A DNA stretch of 64,000 nt from Candidatus Woesearchaeota archaeon (GCA_964623495.1 CAZUTV010000002.1:18789-82788), one strand, 5' to 3'. Counted from the stretch's first letter, positions 51,762-62,521 are shown. The notes: generated from the sequence alone by a model not told the origin. Program-made: numbers and translations.

Positions 51762-54700
51762 ATGGTGGGGGCGAAAAAAAATTTAGCCTTAATTGTATTT
51801 TTGCTAGCTTTCTTCGTCTTCTTTTCTGGGATTTCTTCTTCTGCTAATTGTTGGAGTTATACTACACAGTCTACCTGCGAAACAAATTCTTGTAAATGGA
51901 AGAGCGATGCTTGGGGAAGCTGGTGTGAAGAGCTTCAATGCTGGAGCCTGAATACACAAACAGATTGTTCTAATTCAACATACCATACTTTAATTGGAAA
52001 AACTTGTTCGTGGCAGACAGGAGGAAATTCTAATTTTTGCGGACAGATAAGTTGCTGGCTGTATTCTGGAACAAACCAAAGTTATTGTGAAAGCAATCCA
52101 TCTGGTAGATCTTGTGAATGGAGCTCAAATTGCTATAATATCGGTGGAGGCAGCGGGTCTTCTGTTAGCTGTTGGAGTATCAGCGATCAATCTACTTGTG
52201 GAAATACTACTGGATGCAGATGGGGAGATTGTCATGATAAAGGGTGCTGGAGTTTCTCAAACTCCACTTTGTGTGTTAATGCAAAAAATCCATGGGATGG
52301 AAGAAATTGCACTTGGACCGGATCTTCATGTATGGAGTCTAGTTGTGGCAATAGTCAGCTTTATCCAAATCAAACTGTATGTACATCTGCATCTCATTGC
52401 AGGTGGCAAGGATCTTCAACTTCTGGTTGGTGCGAGACGAAAAATTGCTGGAATTTTGATGGAAATCAAACAGGGTGCTTAACTGCAAATTCGACTATTG
52501 GAAAATCGTGTAATTGGGATAACGGGTATTGTGATGATGTTGGTTGTTGGACTTATGATAGTAATCAAACAGCTTGTAATCAGCAGCCAGGATGCAGCTG
52601 GCAGACATCGACGAGTTCTGGGTGGTGCGAGCAAGTAAATTGCTGGATATGGGATTCAATGAAGGGAGGCAATCAAACCGCATGCACGACTCTTGACTCA
52701 AATTACGGATTAAATTGTTTATGGAGCGGAAATCCCCCAGGAAACTCAACGAGTGGCTGGTGTTATCAAGATAATTCTGGGATAAGCTGTACGAACATAA
52801 CTACAGAGAAATCCTGTTATGATACCCAGTATTGCTGGTGGCAGGCGAATGATTGGAATAATGCAAGCGCTGGAGGAACATGTTCTAACCCAAGCTGGGG
52901 CGGTGGAGGTTACAGCAATAACAGTATTGTCAATAATTGGAATCCCGGGTGTTATATCTTTGATATCAATTCTACAGATTGCAACAACATTATAGGATGC
53001 AATGCCACTTCAAGCACGGAATGCGATCCGATTAATGAAAATTCGAGCATCATCAATGTTACTGCAGAATATATCAACACAAATGGATTAAACTGCACTT
53101 TAATTAATGATTCTGATTTATGTAATGATATCCCAATTCTTTCTTCATGCTGTGTTTGGCAGAATGGAAGCTGTAGTGCTTCTTATACAACCACCTCTTG
53201 CAGAGACCAAATGAGTCAGACACCTTCTGGAGAAACTTCTTGTGATGATGCTTCAACTCAGGCGATCTGTGAACAGCTGACAGGAAATCCATGGTACTGG
53301 CCTTGTAAGTGGAATAATGTCACATCAAAATGTACGGTTAAGGCAGGAGATATCTGGGGAAATAAAACCCAGAACTTTGTAACTATAGAAAATCAGATTA
53401 CTTGTGAAGCTGTTGGTGGAAAGTGGGTGACTGAAAATTATTGTGAGGGAAATTCTTCAATACCTGCAGGGAGGTGCGAGTATAAATTTGACGAGGAAAG
53501 AAATTGCAATAAGGCCTGCTTTGCCTGTGAATATAAATCTGATGGGAGTGCACACAATTCTAGCGCTGACGCAAAAATTGCCTGTCTCAACTCTAAATTG
53601 GGCTATTGCGAATTTGAAGAATCATCTTCTGCACCAAATGGGTACGGTTATTGTAAGGCTAAAGAACAGTTTAAGGGAGGTTTTGCAGAAGACTGCAGTG
53701 CAAGTAATTGCGGGGGTTGTACCTTTATGGGGTTCGTTAACGGAACCAATGGAACTAAAACTCCTATTGATTATTGTAATGGATTTAGCAGTTCGTGCAA
53801 ATGGATCTTTGATGGAAGTTCTTCAACCAAGGGATATTGTGCGGATAAAGGAACAAAGGTTTGTGAAGATTCTTGCGATAGGTGTTACACAAGAGAAAAG
53901 TGCGTGAATGATGGAAGGACAAATATTGCAAATCAATCTGGAAGCTGTAAATGGCAAGGTACAGATGATGATGGAAGCTGCGTTGCAAATATTGGGGAAA
54001 GCGTTGAAGTTTGCTGGAATGGGGAAGATGATAATGACAATGATCTAACTGATTGTGCAGACCCCGGATGTTATAGTGATTCTTTTTGCGGTTTTGTTGG
54101 AGGAACCTGTTCTATCTGGTCAGATAAGTCAAATTGCGAGAGTAATAATTGCGAGTGGGTTAGTGATAAATGGGGAAGCTGGTGTGACTTTAAGGGGAGT
54201 CAGTGCTGGAGGTATGACAAAAATCAGAACGCGTGTCAAGGAATTACACAAGTAAATAATGAAACCATGAATATCTCTGCAGCAAGACTTTCTGGGAACC
54301 ACATAAATACTTCCTATACCTTTAGCCCGTTATATGTCGGGCTTGGTTTAATTCAATCGTCGGTTTTTGTTCTTAATGGAAGCGGAATTAATATAAATGG
54401 AAATTATAGTGTCAATTTCACCACAAATACCATTACCTTTGCAAATAACACTTTTATGTTGGGCACTGGGAATTTGATGAATATTGCTTATCAATATCTT
54501 TCAAACACCTCTCAGTACTGTGAGTGGCAGAATGGAACAGGGGTTGGTTGGTGCGAGCAGGATTGGAGTGTTGCAGAGCAGTGTATGGGTTTCCCTAATC
54601 AGACAATCTGTGAAACAACGCAGGTTAGCGGGACAAATTGTACTTGGACTGTTGATAGCTGGTGTCAAGGGCAGGGAAACAGCAGTGATTGGTGCACCAA

Positions 54701-57700
54701 TCATGGTGGTTGGTGTGATCATCCAGATTTTAAGCCAAAAAACTGCTGGCAGTATACTGGGGAATCGGCCTGTGGTATAGCAAATTGCTCTTGGAGAACA
54801 GACCAGTGGAGCCAGCCACATTGTGAGGCAAATTGGAGCAACAATTGTTGGAATTATACTGTTGCAACCTGCCCTACAAATCTTGGATGTGCGGTTAGAA
54901 GTGATTCTTGGGGAAGTTGGTGTGATAATACTATGAATCAGTGTTGGAGCAAGACCAATCAGAGTGCATGTGGTGCTGTAAGTGTTTGTAGCTGGAGAAA
55001 TACTTCTTTTGGAGGAGAGTGTCAGCCTTCTTGTTTTAATTCGACTCTTAGCAATAGTCAGTCTGCTTGCGCAGCAGTTAGTGGATGTTATTGGAAATCA
55101 GATAACGGATGGTGTGAAGAAAAGCAATCTGCCCAATGTTGGAACTCAACTCTTAGCAATAATGAAACCGCATGCGGTGCGACAACGGGGTGTAGATGGA
55201 AAAATCCTGGGTGGTGCAGTCCAGAAGAGGGATTTAATGCAGGATCCATGGCTAGTGGAGGGGGAGTTGGAGGTGCATTTGGATCAGAATGTTATAAATA
55301 TGATAACAACCAAACAGCATGTACAAATTCTTCCTTGATTGGGGTTTCTTGTGTTTGGAGTGTTGAGCCTCAGCCAGTTTGTGAGGTCGATTGGAGCAGA
55401 GATTGCTGGCAATATACCAGCGAGGCTGGAGGGTGCAACGTTACAAATGGTTGTTGGTGGAATTCTAATGCAAATCCCGGATATTGCACAAACATGATGG
55501 ATCAGTGCTGGCAAAATGCTAGCTATCAAAGTTGGAATAATGCGCAATGGCTAGGAAACTGCACTTCAAATTCGCTTTGTACAAATAGCTCGTTTGGGGG
55601 ATGCGAACCCAAATGCTTTTCCACAACAACGCAATCTGCTTGTCAACTTATTAATAGCAGCAATGTTGCTGCATGCAAATGGATTACCGGATTATGTGAT
55701 CCTTTGGGTATGAGCGAGATTTTTGATGATATGGAAGGGGGACAGCCAGTGCCTTTGGGTGGAGACATCTGTGATGGAAGTGAAACAAGCCAGGCGTCTG
55801 TTGATTTGTGCGGGTTTGGAATGAAAGACATGGGTGATGCTTACGGATTTGGCGCGTTTGTAAGAAGTTTTGTTAATTCAAGTGTCTGTAATAAATTGCA
55901 AGTAACTTCAGGAGGAGCTCCTGGTTCTCCTGGAACACAAGTTATTGGTTCAGGGAACGATACAGTTAAGTATATTGTTTATTTGGATAGCGATGGTTTA
56001 ATAACTGGAAACTGCAATTTAGATTCGAATAGTTCTGCACCCGGATATGAGTTTAAACTTGTTTATTCTTCAGAGTGGAATTCAAATACAAGCAAGGCAA
56101 CCGAAACTTTTACGGCCTATAAGTGTGATAATAATAATTGGAAGATTACAGATATAAAAATCAGCGTTTGGAAAGAGCTTATGTGTGGTGAAATTGGGGG
56201 CCCAATGATCGCAATTGACAAATCTGAGCTTTCAAAATATCCTCTTCTTTATGATTCTACCGAAGACTTAAGGGTTTTTGTCGCAACTGTAGGAAATACT
56301 GGAAGCGTAAGCTCACCTTTAGATACTGCTGGACCTGGTTGGGCAACTCCTGGAGCAATTGATTTTGAGATTGCCGGAGCATTTGAATATGGGGCAGATA
56401 GTGCTAAATTTGAAAATATATTGAAGAAAGGATTCGTGCAGTATGAAGATTGTTTTGCTGCAGGGGATGAGGATAATGATGGTGTTTCTAATTGCAATGA
56501 TTGGAACTGCCAATTTGCCCCTCAATGTGCTAATTTGGGTGTTAATGCGATAGGATATAGCGATACAAAGATGCCACAGGTTATAGGAGTTAAGATAGAA
56601 GAGTATCCAGATTCTGCTTTGATAATGTATGATACAAATAAACCCACCAACGGAACTCTTGAGTTTTACAAAGAAGACTCTACTTGCACCACTTTGAATA
56701 GTAGCGTTTATGATATTGGACTTACAAGCACTAATGTAAGGGATTATAAGCTATGGCATAGTGCCGAAATTTATTCTGCGAATTTAGGATACTCCTTAAG
56801 TGAAGATACAACTTATTACTATAGACTGAAAGTTTGCGATAATTATGGAAAGTGTGCAATAAGCAAGTGTAGCTCCTTTGTTACTTCATCGACAAGCAAA
56901 TGCGGTTTCTGTAACTTTGTTACACGAATAAAGGCAGGAAGTAGTTGGACAATCAGCTACGACGACAACCAAGATGGAACATATGAGCATGTTCAAGGGG
57001 CGGTTTGTGGAAGCAATGCAGGAATGAAGACAAATTATTCTAGTGGGAGAAGAGTCAATATAAAACTATCCAAGACAGATGGAACAACTTACTTTGAATT
57101 TGTGAACGCTTCATTAACAAAAACAGGGTTGAATGATAAAGTTAGAGCAATAAGCGATTCTGGGGACATTATTGCAAGCTCCACTTTAGTAGGATTAAGC
57201 TCTGAAACTAGGGATAAGATAATTAATAATCTTCACCCGGAGATTTGTAGAATTAAGATACCCACGTCTGGAGCTTGCACCACTCTTTACCATTGCGATG
57301 ATAATGGAGAGAATTGTGTTGATAGGACCGCAGAGTCAATTTTAATTGATTCTGCAAATTGTGTTTGGCAAATTCCTTATTGTGAATTCTCTACCTATAA
57401 GACAACCAGTTCATCTTCTTCTAGCTCTTCATCAAGTTCTAGTGGAGGGGGATCTAGCAGTGGAGGTGCAGCTGGAGGGCTGATGTATGATGTTAATGAT
57501 CAACAATTGACTAGCGGATATTCTAAGGAATTAAAAATTTACGATAAATTAAGATTTACTTTAAATCAAGTTTATCATTTTCTAGAACTTAAGTCACTGA
57601 CCGCGACAAGTGCGTCAATCCAAGTTAGCAGCACCCCCCAACAAGCAACTTTAGGGGTCGGGGAGTCCAAAAAATTTGAGTTGACAGACGATAATTTTTA

Positions 57701-57995
57701 TGACTTAAATGCCAAGCTTGATGAGATTATCCTTGTAAATGGGAGTGTCAGCAAGGCTAAATTTAATATCCAATCAATTCATGAAGAGATTTTGCAACAA
57801 CCGCAATCTCCTATTACTGGCGGGGCTGTGTCTGGAGATAATGGGGGGCAGCAAGCAGGAAGTGAAGGAGGCAAGGCAGGAGGGGAAGGAAGCAACTTAA
57901 CTTTGATAATTGTCCTGGTTCTTTTAGTGGCTGCTGGAGTGGCTGGATTTATATTCTTTAAACAGAAGAATAGATATAAGAGGTTTGGATACTAG
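51762..57995 (+). CDS. Giant (2077 aa) Cys/Trp-rich cell-surface protein with signal peptide, Ser-rich stalk and C-terminal TM anchor
   Basis: The N-terminal signal is MVGAKKNLALIVFLLAFFVFFSG. There are dozens of Cys-containing modules, including a recurring C-x-W-x(2)-D-x-WGSWC motif. A Ser/Gly run lies near residue 1890. The C-terminal TM LTLIIVLVLLVAAGVAGFIFF is followed by a basic tail KQKNRYKRFGY. Confidence 0.8.
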   Translation: MVGAKKNLALIVFLLAFFVFFSGISSSANCWSYTTQSTCETNSCKWKSDAWGSWCEELQCWSLNTQTDCSNSTYHTLIGKTCSWQTGGNSNFCGQISCWLYSGTNQSYCESNPSGRSCEWSSNCYNIGGGSGSSVSCWSISDQSTCGNTTGCRWGDCHDKGCWSFSNSTLCVNAKNPWDGRNCTWTGSSCMESSCGNSQLYPNQTVCTSASHCRWQGSSTSGWCETKNCWNFDGNQTGCLTANSTIGKSCNWDNGYCDDVGCWTYDSNQTACNQQPGCSWQTSTSSGWCEQVNCWIWDSMKGGNQTACTTLDSNYGLNCLWSGNPPGNSTSGWCYQDNSGISCTNITTEKSCYDTQYCWWQANDWNNASAGGTCSNPSWGGGGYSNNSIVNNWNPGCYIFDINSTDCNNIIGCNATSSTECDPINENSSIINVTAEYINTNGLNCTLINDSDLCNDIPILSSCCVWQNGSCSASYTTTSCRDQMSQTPSGETSCDDASTQAICEQLTGNPWYWPCKWNNVTSKCTVKAGDIWGNKTQNFVTIENQITCEAVGGKWVTENYCEGNSSIPAGRCEYKFDEERNCNKACFACEYKSDGSAHNSSADAKIACLNSKLGYCEFEESSSAPNGYGYCKAKEQFKGGFAEDCSASNCGGCTFMGFVNGTNGTKTPIDYCNGFSSSCKWIFDGSSSTKGYCADKGTKVCEDSCDRCYTREKCVNDGRTNIANQSGSCKWQGTDDDGSCVANIGESVEVCWNGEDDNDNDLTDCADPGCYSDSFCGFVGGTCSIWSDKSNCESNNCEWVSDKWGSWCDFKGSQCWRYDKNQNACQGITQVNNETMNISAARLSGNHINTSYTFSPLYVGLGLIQSSVFVLNGSGININGNYSVNFTTNTITFANNTFMLGTGNLMNIAYQYLSNTSQYCEWQNGTGVGWCEQDWSVAEQCMGFPNQTICETTQVSGTNCTWTVDSWCQGQGNSSDWCTNHGGWCDHPDFKPKNCWQYTGESACGIANCSWRTDQWSQPHCEANWSNNCWNYTVATCPTNLGCAVRSDSWGSWCDNTMNQCWSKTNQSACGAVSVCSWRNTSFGGECQPSCFNSTLSNSQSACAAVSGCYWKSDNGWCEEKQSAQCWNSTLSNNETACGATTGCRWKNPGWCSPEEGFNAGSMASGGGVGGAFGSECYKYDNNQTACTNSSLIGVSCVWSVEPQPVCEVDWSRDCWQYTSEAGGCNVTNGCWWNSNANPGYCTNMMDQCWQNASYQSWNNAQWLGNCTSNSLCTNSSFGGCEPKCFSTTTQSACQLINSSNVAACKWITGLCDPLGMSEIFDDMEGGQPVPLGGDICDGSETSQASVDLCGFGMKDMGDAYGFGAFVRSFVNSSVCNKLQVTSGGAPGSPGTQVIGSGNDTVKYIVYLDSDGLITGNCNLDSNSSAPGYEFKLVYSSEWNSNTSKATETFTAYKCDNNNWKITDIKISVWKELMCGEIGGPMIAIDKSELSKYPLLYDSTEDLRVFVATVGNTGSVSSPLDTAGPGWATPGAIDFEIAGAFEYGADSAKFENILKKGFVQYEDCFAAGDEDNDGVSNCNDWNCQFAPQCANLGVNAIGYSDTKMPQVIGVKIEEYPDSALIMYDTNKPTNGTLEFYKEDSTCTTLNSSVYDIGLTSTNVRDYKLWHSAEIYSANLGYSLSEDTTYYYRLKVCDNYGKCAISKCSSFVTSSTSKCGFCNFVTRIKAGSSWTISYDDNQDGTYEHVQGAVCGSNAGMKTNYSSGRRVNIKLSKTDGTTYFEFVNASLTKTGLNDKVRAISDSGDIIASSTLVGLSSETRDKIINNLHPEICRIKIPTSGACTTLYHCDDNGENCVDRTAESILIDSANCVWQIPYCEFSTYKTTSSSSSSSSSSSSGGGSSSGGAAGGLMYDVNDQQLTSGYSKELKIYDKLRFTLNQVYHFLELKSLTATSASIQVSSTPQQATLGVGESKKFELTDDNFYDLNAKLDEIILVNGSVSKAKFNIQSIHEEILQQPQSPITGGAVSGDNGGQQAGSEGGKAGGEGSNLTLIIVLVLLVAAGVAGFIFFKQKNRYKRFGY
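57417..57480 (+). repeat. Ser/Gly homopolymeric coding repeat inside the giant surface protein gene
   Basis: agttcatcttcttctagctcttcatcaagttctagtggagggggatctagcagtggaggtgca encodes SSSSSSSSSSSSGGGSSSGGA. Confidence 0.6.
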
Positions 57996-57996
57996 T

Positions 57997-58968
57997 TTAG
58001 TAAATTCCCGGAATGTATCTGTATCTTACTTTAGATTTATACAAAATGTATTCTTGATCCTGGTTTAAATGACGCTCTTCTGTTATTGTTCTTAGATGAT
58101 AAATAAATGACCATATTGCCATGCTGATTATTGCGGACCATGAAGCGATAGGAATTATTGTAATCCACCATGCGAGATTTTTTGAGATGTACGCTGGATG
58201 TCTTATGATAGAATAGGGGCCCCTTGATACAATTCCTCTGTTAGTTAAGTTAGAGCATTTTGATCCTAAAGCAAGTGTTGCACCTACGTAGATTAGTAGC
58301 AAGAAAATAATAATTATTCTTATGATAAATGTTAAGATATCACTTGAGAATAAAACATAGTCGTTTGCATACCAGTTTGTGTAATTAACTACAAAGGAAT
58401 TGAAGGGCGGGTAACATGCAATTGCAACTATCCAGCCAAGAATTGTTGGCTCAACACTCCTTATTTCATTTTTAAGGTGTTTGGATTCAAAGGCATATCC
58501 AAACGAGAACCATAATGTGTCAATGAGAAAAATTAAAGTTAATAGGGCTGGAAAGAGTATTAGATTAAAAGAGCTTATCGTAAATAGCGAGGATATGTTG
58601 GAAATGTTTGAAAGCTGGTATTTGAAAGCGTTAAAGTTGCCAAAAAAGAAGTTTAACATTATTGGAAGGAAGAATATCTTTACTATAACAAAAAGCATGG
58701 CTGTCTTCTCCTGTTTTTCTATTTTTTTTGGGTTTTTTAGTGCTTTAAAAATCAAGGCCCCTTTTGTCTCCTTAATTTTAGTATGGGGGATGAATAAGTA
58801 ATAGAAGAATCCAAATAAAGTATAGGCTAGACTTAGGTAGAGGATTGTCTTTAGAGTATCTTGTCTTAAAAATTCGTTGTAATAAGGGAAAGTTTTGTAG
58901 AATATAAAGACAAGCCAAATTAATATTAGGTTTAAAAAATACCCTTTAAATTTAACCAGCTTCATCAT
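57997..58968 (-). CDS. Membrane methyltransferase-family protein (ICMT/PEMT-like C-terminal domain) with extra N-terminal TM helices
   Basis: 323 aa. The C-terminal SRGPYSIIRHPAYISKNLAWW is the RHPxY signature of the isoprenylcysteine carboxyl / phospholipid methyltransferase family. Confidence 0.55.
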   Translation of the reverse strand: MMKLVKFKGYFLNLILIWLVFIFYKTFPYYNEFLRQDTLKTILYLSLAYTLFGFFYYLFIPHTKIKETKGALIFKALKNPKKIEKQEKTAMLFVIVKIFFLPIMLNFFFGNFNAFKYQLSNISNISSLFTISSFNLILFPALLTLIFLIDTLWFSFGYAFESKHLKNEIRSVEPTILGWIVAIACYPPFNSFVVNYTNWYANDYVLFSSDILTFIIRIIIIFLLLIYVGATLALGSKCSNLTNRGIVSRGPYSIIRHPAYISKNLAWWITIIPIASWSAIISMAIWSFIYHLRTITEERHLNQDQEYILYKSKVRYRYIPGIY

Positions 58969-59018
58969 TGTTGATTTAAGACAGCCATATTTATAAATTA
59001 TTTAACTTACTCTTTATT

Positions 59019-60233
59019 ATGGAAATAATTGCTGATTTGCAAATACACTCTAAATATGCTAGAGCAACTTCTAAAGATATTAGTATTGAAAATCTGGAGA
59101 AATATGCAAGAATGAAGGGCCTTGATTTGTTGGGGGTTGGAGATTTTCAGCATCCTTTGAGAAGAAAGGAGATTGACGAGAAACTTACTGAAGATGATAA
59201 AGGAATTTTAAGAACTGCTAATGGATTTCCTTTTTTGTGGCAGACTGAGGTTTCGTTGATGTTCTCACAGGGAGGAAAAAGAAGAGCAGTTCACTTGCTT
59301 GTTTTTGCTCCAAATACAAAAGTTGCTGATGAAATCACAAGATATCTTGGTAGCAAAGGAAGATTAGATTATGATGGAAGGCCCATCTTTGGGATTACTT
59401 GTGAAAAGTTTGTTGAAGAGATAAAGGAAATTGATGATAAAATAGAAATAATTCCGGCGCATTGCATGACTCCCTGGTTTGGAATTTTTGGGAGTGATTC
59501 TGGTTTTGATTCTTTAAAAGAGTGCTTCGGAGAACAAATAAAGCATATTTATGCTGTTGAATCTGGAATGAGTGCAGATCCTGCAATGCTCTGGAGGCTT
59601 GACGAAAACGTAAATATTGTCAGTTTTTCCGATGCACATAGTTTCTGGCCTTGGAGGCTTGGAAGAGAGGCAACCATTTTTGATTTTGAAGAGCTGAGTT
59701 ATAGCAATTTTATTCGGGCTATAAGGACAGGTAAGGGAATTAACGCCACTATTGAGACTCCTCCAGAGTATGGGAAATATCATTGGGATGGACATAGGAA
59801 TTGCAACTTTAGTTGTGGCCCTGAAGAAACAAAAAAACTTAATGGAATTTGCCCGGTATGCAAGAAAAAGATGACTATTGGGGTAGAGAATAGGGTAAAT
59901 TCTATAGCTAAATTCGAGGAAGGACACAAAAACCCCAATTCAAGAAAGTTTTATAAACTGCTCCCGTTGCATGAGGTTCTCGCTTTGCATTTTAATGTCA
60001 AAGATGTGCAAAACAAAAAAGTCTGGGAAGTTTATAATTCTTTGATTAAGGAATTTAACAACGAGTTTAATATTCTTTTAAATGTGGGCAAGCAAGAGTT
60101 TATCAATAAAAGTGTAGAATCAAAGATTATTGATTTAATCTTAAAAAACAGAGAGGAAAAAATAAAGGTTAATCCCGGATTTGACGGAGAGTATGGAAGG
60201 GCGATGATGGCAGAGAGGCAGGTTACGCTTTGA
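59019..60233 (+). CDS. PHP-domain (polymerase/histidinol-phosphatase) metal-dependent phosphoesterase with C-terminal Zn-ribbon region
   Basis: 404 aa. The N-terminal ADLQIHSKYARATS is PHP motif I; His/Asp motifs follow. The Cys cluster is CNFSCGP...CPVCKKK. Confidence 0.65.
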   Translation: MEIIADLQIHSKYARATSKDISIENLEKYARMKGLDLLGVGDFQHPLRRKEIDEKLTEDDKGILRTANGFPFLWQTEVSLMFSQGGKRRAVHLLVFAPNTKVADEITRYLGSKGRLDYDGRPIFGITCEKFVEEIKEIDDKIEIIPAHCMTPWFGIFGSDSGFDSLKECFGEQIKHIYAVESGMSADPAMLWRLDENVNIVSFSDAHSFWPWRLGREATIFDFEELSYSNFIRAIRTGKGINATIETPPEYGKYHWDGHRNCNFSCGPEETKKLNGICPVCKKKMTIGVENRVNSIAKFEEGHKNPNSRKFYKLLPLHEVLALHFNVKDVQNKKVWEVYNSLIKEFNNEFNILLNVGKQEFINKSVESKIIDLILKNREEKIKVNPGFDGEYGRAMMAERQVTL

Positions 60234-60268
60234 TTTTAATATACTTGTAATGCGCGGATTTTGTTTCT

Positions 60269-60285
60269 TTTTTGCACTTATTGCA
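60269..60285. terminator. Inverted repeat TTTGCA-cttat-TGCAAA preceded by a T-run, between convergent genes (candidate bidirectional terminator)
   Basis: tttgcacttattgcaaa with the upstream tttcttttttg lies between the PHP gene (+, ends 60233) and the minus-strand gene ending at 60341. Confidence 0.3.
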
Positions 60286-60340
60286 AATATCTCTTAGAGT
60301 ATATGCTTTACAAGAAATACATTTCTTGAGTCTTTGCATT

Positions 60341-60610
60341 TTAAAATTCGTCTATATTTCCTAAGATTGATGCTGTTTGGTTCACTAAAGCCTGCATTAC
60401 TTCTTTTTCTCTTGCATCAGGGTTTTTTGTTAGGTATTTTAGGACGTAGTCTGCCGCAGCAATGCCGAAAACCTTATTTTCCTTTTTAGAGCCGAGCCCA
60501 GACATCACGTGTCTTATTAGCTCTTCTGCTTCTGCATTTGGGTTTTTCTTTTTATAGGAGTAGGCTAGACTTCCTGCCTGCACCATTACCATCTTTTTGT
60601 CTTCCGCCAT
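60341..60610 (-). CDS. Small hypothetical protein
   Basis: 89-aa ORF; no motif recognised. Confidence 0.4.
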   Translation of the reverse strand: MAEDKKMVMVQAGSLAYSYKKKNPNAEAEELIRHVMSGLGSKKENKVFGIAAADYVLKYLTKNPDAREKEVMQALVNQTASILGNIDEF

Positions 60611-60653
60611 TTTATGAAAAATTTATTAGAATTAAGAGTTTATAAGATTATCT

Positions 60654-61070
60654 CTACTTTAGGTTCATAATATATTCTTTTAATCTCGGGTGGAAAGAAG
60701 TGGTAAAATGTTTTTCAAGCTGCTCTGGAGCAACCCATTTAAGCTCGTGTATGTCGTCTCCTGCTTTCTCATTGCCCTTAAAAACCTCGCATAAGAAGTA
60801 TACGGCCATTAAATCCTTCTTTTCTGGATAGATTTTGGAGAAGATCGTACCTAGATTTTTAACCTCGTAGCCTGTTTTTAGCTTTACAACGTCCTTAAGT
60901 CTTTTATCCACATCATCTCCATGTGAAAGCCTTCCTCCAGGGAAACACCAGGTTAATTTTGGGAGATCTGGATCGTTTTCTCGTCTACCGATGAGTATTT
61001 GTCTCCTTTTTGGATCAAATATTACTGGAATTAACACCACGTTGAACGGGTGGAGTTCTTTCTTTTTCAT
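60654..61070 (-). CDS. NUDIX hydrolase
   Basis: 138 aa. The Nudix box region is GGRLSHGDDVDKRLKDVVKLKTG (partly degenerate: REx2EE becomes K-D-x2-K-L), with flanking beta-strand blocks. Confidence 0.6.
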   Translation of the reverse strand: MKKKELHPFNVVLIPVIFDPKRRQILIGRRENDPDLPKLTWCFPGGRLSHGDDVDKRLKDVVKLKTGYEVKNLGTIFSKIYPEKKDLMAVYFLCEVFKGNEKAGDDIHELKWVAPEQLEKHFTTSFHPRLKEYIMNLK

Positions 61071-61149
61071 ACAAAAATTTATTCAAAGGAGAGTATTTAA
61101 GCCTTTCGAATTTGTGATATATTAACAGAGAAAAATTTCCAATTTTCAT

Positions 61150-61860
61150 TTACTTCTCTCGAATACTAAATTTTAACCCGAATTCTCTAGCTTGTTTTTC
61201 TACAGAATTTAAAGATTCTTTTATGCTGTTTTCTGCATTTTTGGCGTCGGTGGATTCCATCTTTATAACGTACCTTCCAGCAGAGATATAAACCACTTCC
61301 CCCTTCCTTACTTGTTCTAAAATTTTCCTGATTAAAAGAATTCCTTCTGGTTTTGTGGTGCTTAAATTGAATTCTTTCTTTACTTCTATTGTTTTTTTCT
61401 TTTGGGAGTTTAAAATCTCAAGAATTTTTGAAGCTTCACTTTTGCTTAGAATTTTCTCCAGTTCTTTCTGGTTTGTTTTCGCTTCTTGGAAAAAATCTAT
61501 GATATTATTTTTCTGCGAAATTTCCTTTAAAACCTGTTCAAATCTAGAGCCGGCAACTGTTTTTAAGATGCTTTGATAGTTCTTCTCCAGTTTAGCTCTT
61601 TCAAGGACCTCTTTTTGTTCTTTTAGAGAGACTCGCCTTAAAGACAGATCTATTCTGTCTCCGGAAACTCTCAGTACTTTGCAGACTATTCTTTTTTTTG
61701 GAACTACATAATCTCTTAAATTCCTAATTCTTCCGGGGGCTATTTCACTGGTTATGATGCTCCCTTCGCCATCTCCGTCTATTTTTACAAAGACCACTGT
61801 CCCGACAATTCTGTCTACTGTGCATAGTAAAACATCTCCTTCTTGTAATTTCGAATCCAT
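61150..61860 (-). CDS. eif2a: Translation initiation factor aIF-2 alpha subunit
   Basis: 236 aa. The N-terminal S1 domain reads GDVLLCTVDRIVGTVVFVKIDG...IRNLRDYVVPKKRIVCKVLRVSGDRIDLSLRRV, matching the aIF2-alpha S1 region; a helical domain follows. Confidence 0.75.
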   Translation of the reverse strand: MDSKLQEGDVLLCTVDRIVGTVVFVKIDGDGEGSIITSEIAPGRIRNLRDYVVPKKRIVCKVLRVSGDRIDLSLRRVSLKEQKEVLERAKLEKNYQSILKTVAGSRFEQVLKEISQKNNIIDFFQEAKTNQKELEKILSKSEASKILEILNSQKKKTIEVKKEFNLSTTKPEGILLIRKILEQVRKGEVVYISAGRYVIKMESTDAKNAENSIKESLNSVEKQAREFGLKFSIREK

Positions 61861-61900
61861 AGAAATAGGACATTTGGTTGGTTTTTAAGGGTTGTGGAGA

Positions 61901-62482
61901 TTATTTCCTTCCTTTTGCATAGGTTAACACTTTTTTTACTTGATCAATGTCGCTTCCATCGTACCTTATTACTTGCTTATTGGAAAAGTTTTGATTCCAA
62001 TGATGGGCAGGCATAATCACTATGCCTCTTGGTCGGTGTTCAAGCCACCTTTCTATATACTCTGGCCAGTCGTCAACCAAAAATGTTCCGTAAACCAAAC
62101 CTTTATCTTGGGTAATTGTTATCTTGGCATCTGGGGCTTTTGGCCTTACGTGTTTTTGAAACCATAAAAATTTTTCAACCCATGCGTTTGGGGAGCTTTC
62201 TGGGCTTTTTGTTAGCGCATGAATATTAAAACCCAGTCCAACAGCAACATTTAAGATATCAAACCCAAGTTTAAATTCAGGAAGATTCTCCCACCATCCC
62301 CTCTGGTTTCTAATTAGCCTTATTCTTTCCCTTACATGTGCAGGTTCACTATCTCTTGGATATGATCCGTAAGCCCTTTCTTCTTGGGATTTAATTCTGT
62401 CGTAATCTGTCTTCATCTGAGAATCATAATCTGCTAGAGTTCCATCAAGATCGAATAGCCCTATTTTTTCTATAAGCCCCAT
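61901..62482 (-). CDS. HAD-superfamily 5'(3')-deoxyribonucleotidase-like hydrolase
   Basis: 193 aa. Motif I is LFDLDGTLADYD; the size and spacing fit the NT5C-like family. Confidence 0.55.
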   Translation of the reverse strand: MGLIEKIGLFDLDGTLADYDSQMKTDYDRIKSQEERAYGSYPRDSEPAHVRERIRLIRNQRGWWENLPEFKLGFDILNVAVGLGFNIHALTKSPESSPNAWVEKFLWFQKHVRPKAPDAKITITQDKGLVYGTFLVDDWPEYIERWLEHRPRGIVIMPAHHWNQNFSNKQVIRYDGSDIDQVKKVLTYAKGRK

Positions 62483-62521
62483 AAAGGTCTGGATTTTGGA
62501 AAGTTTTTAATAATTTCTATA

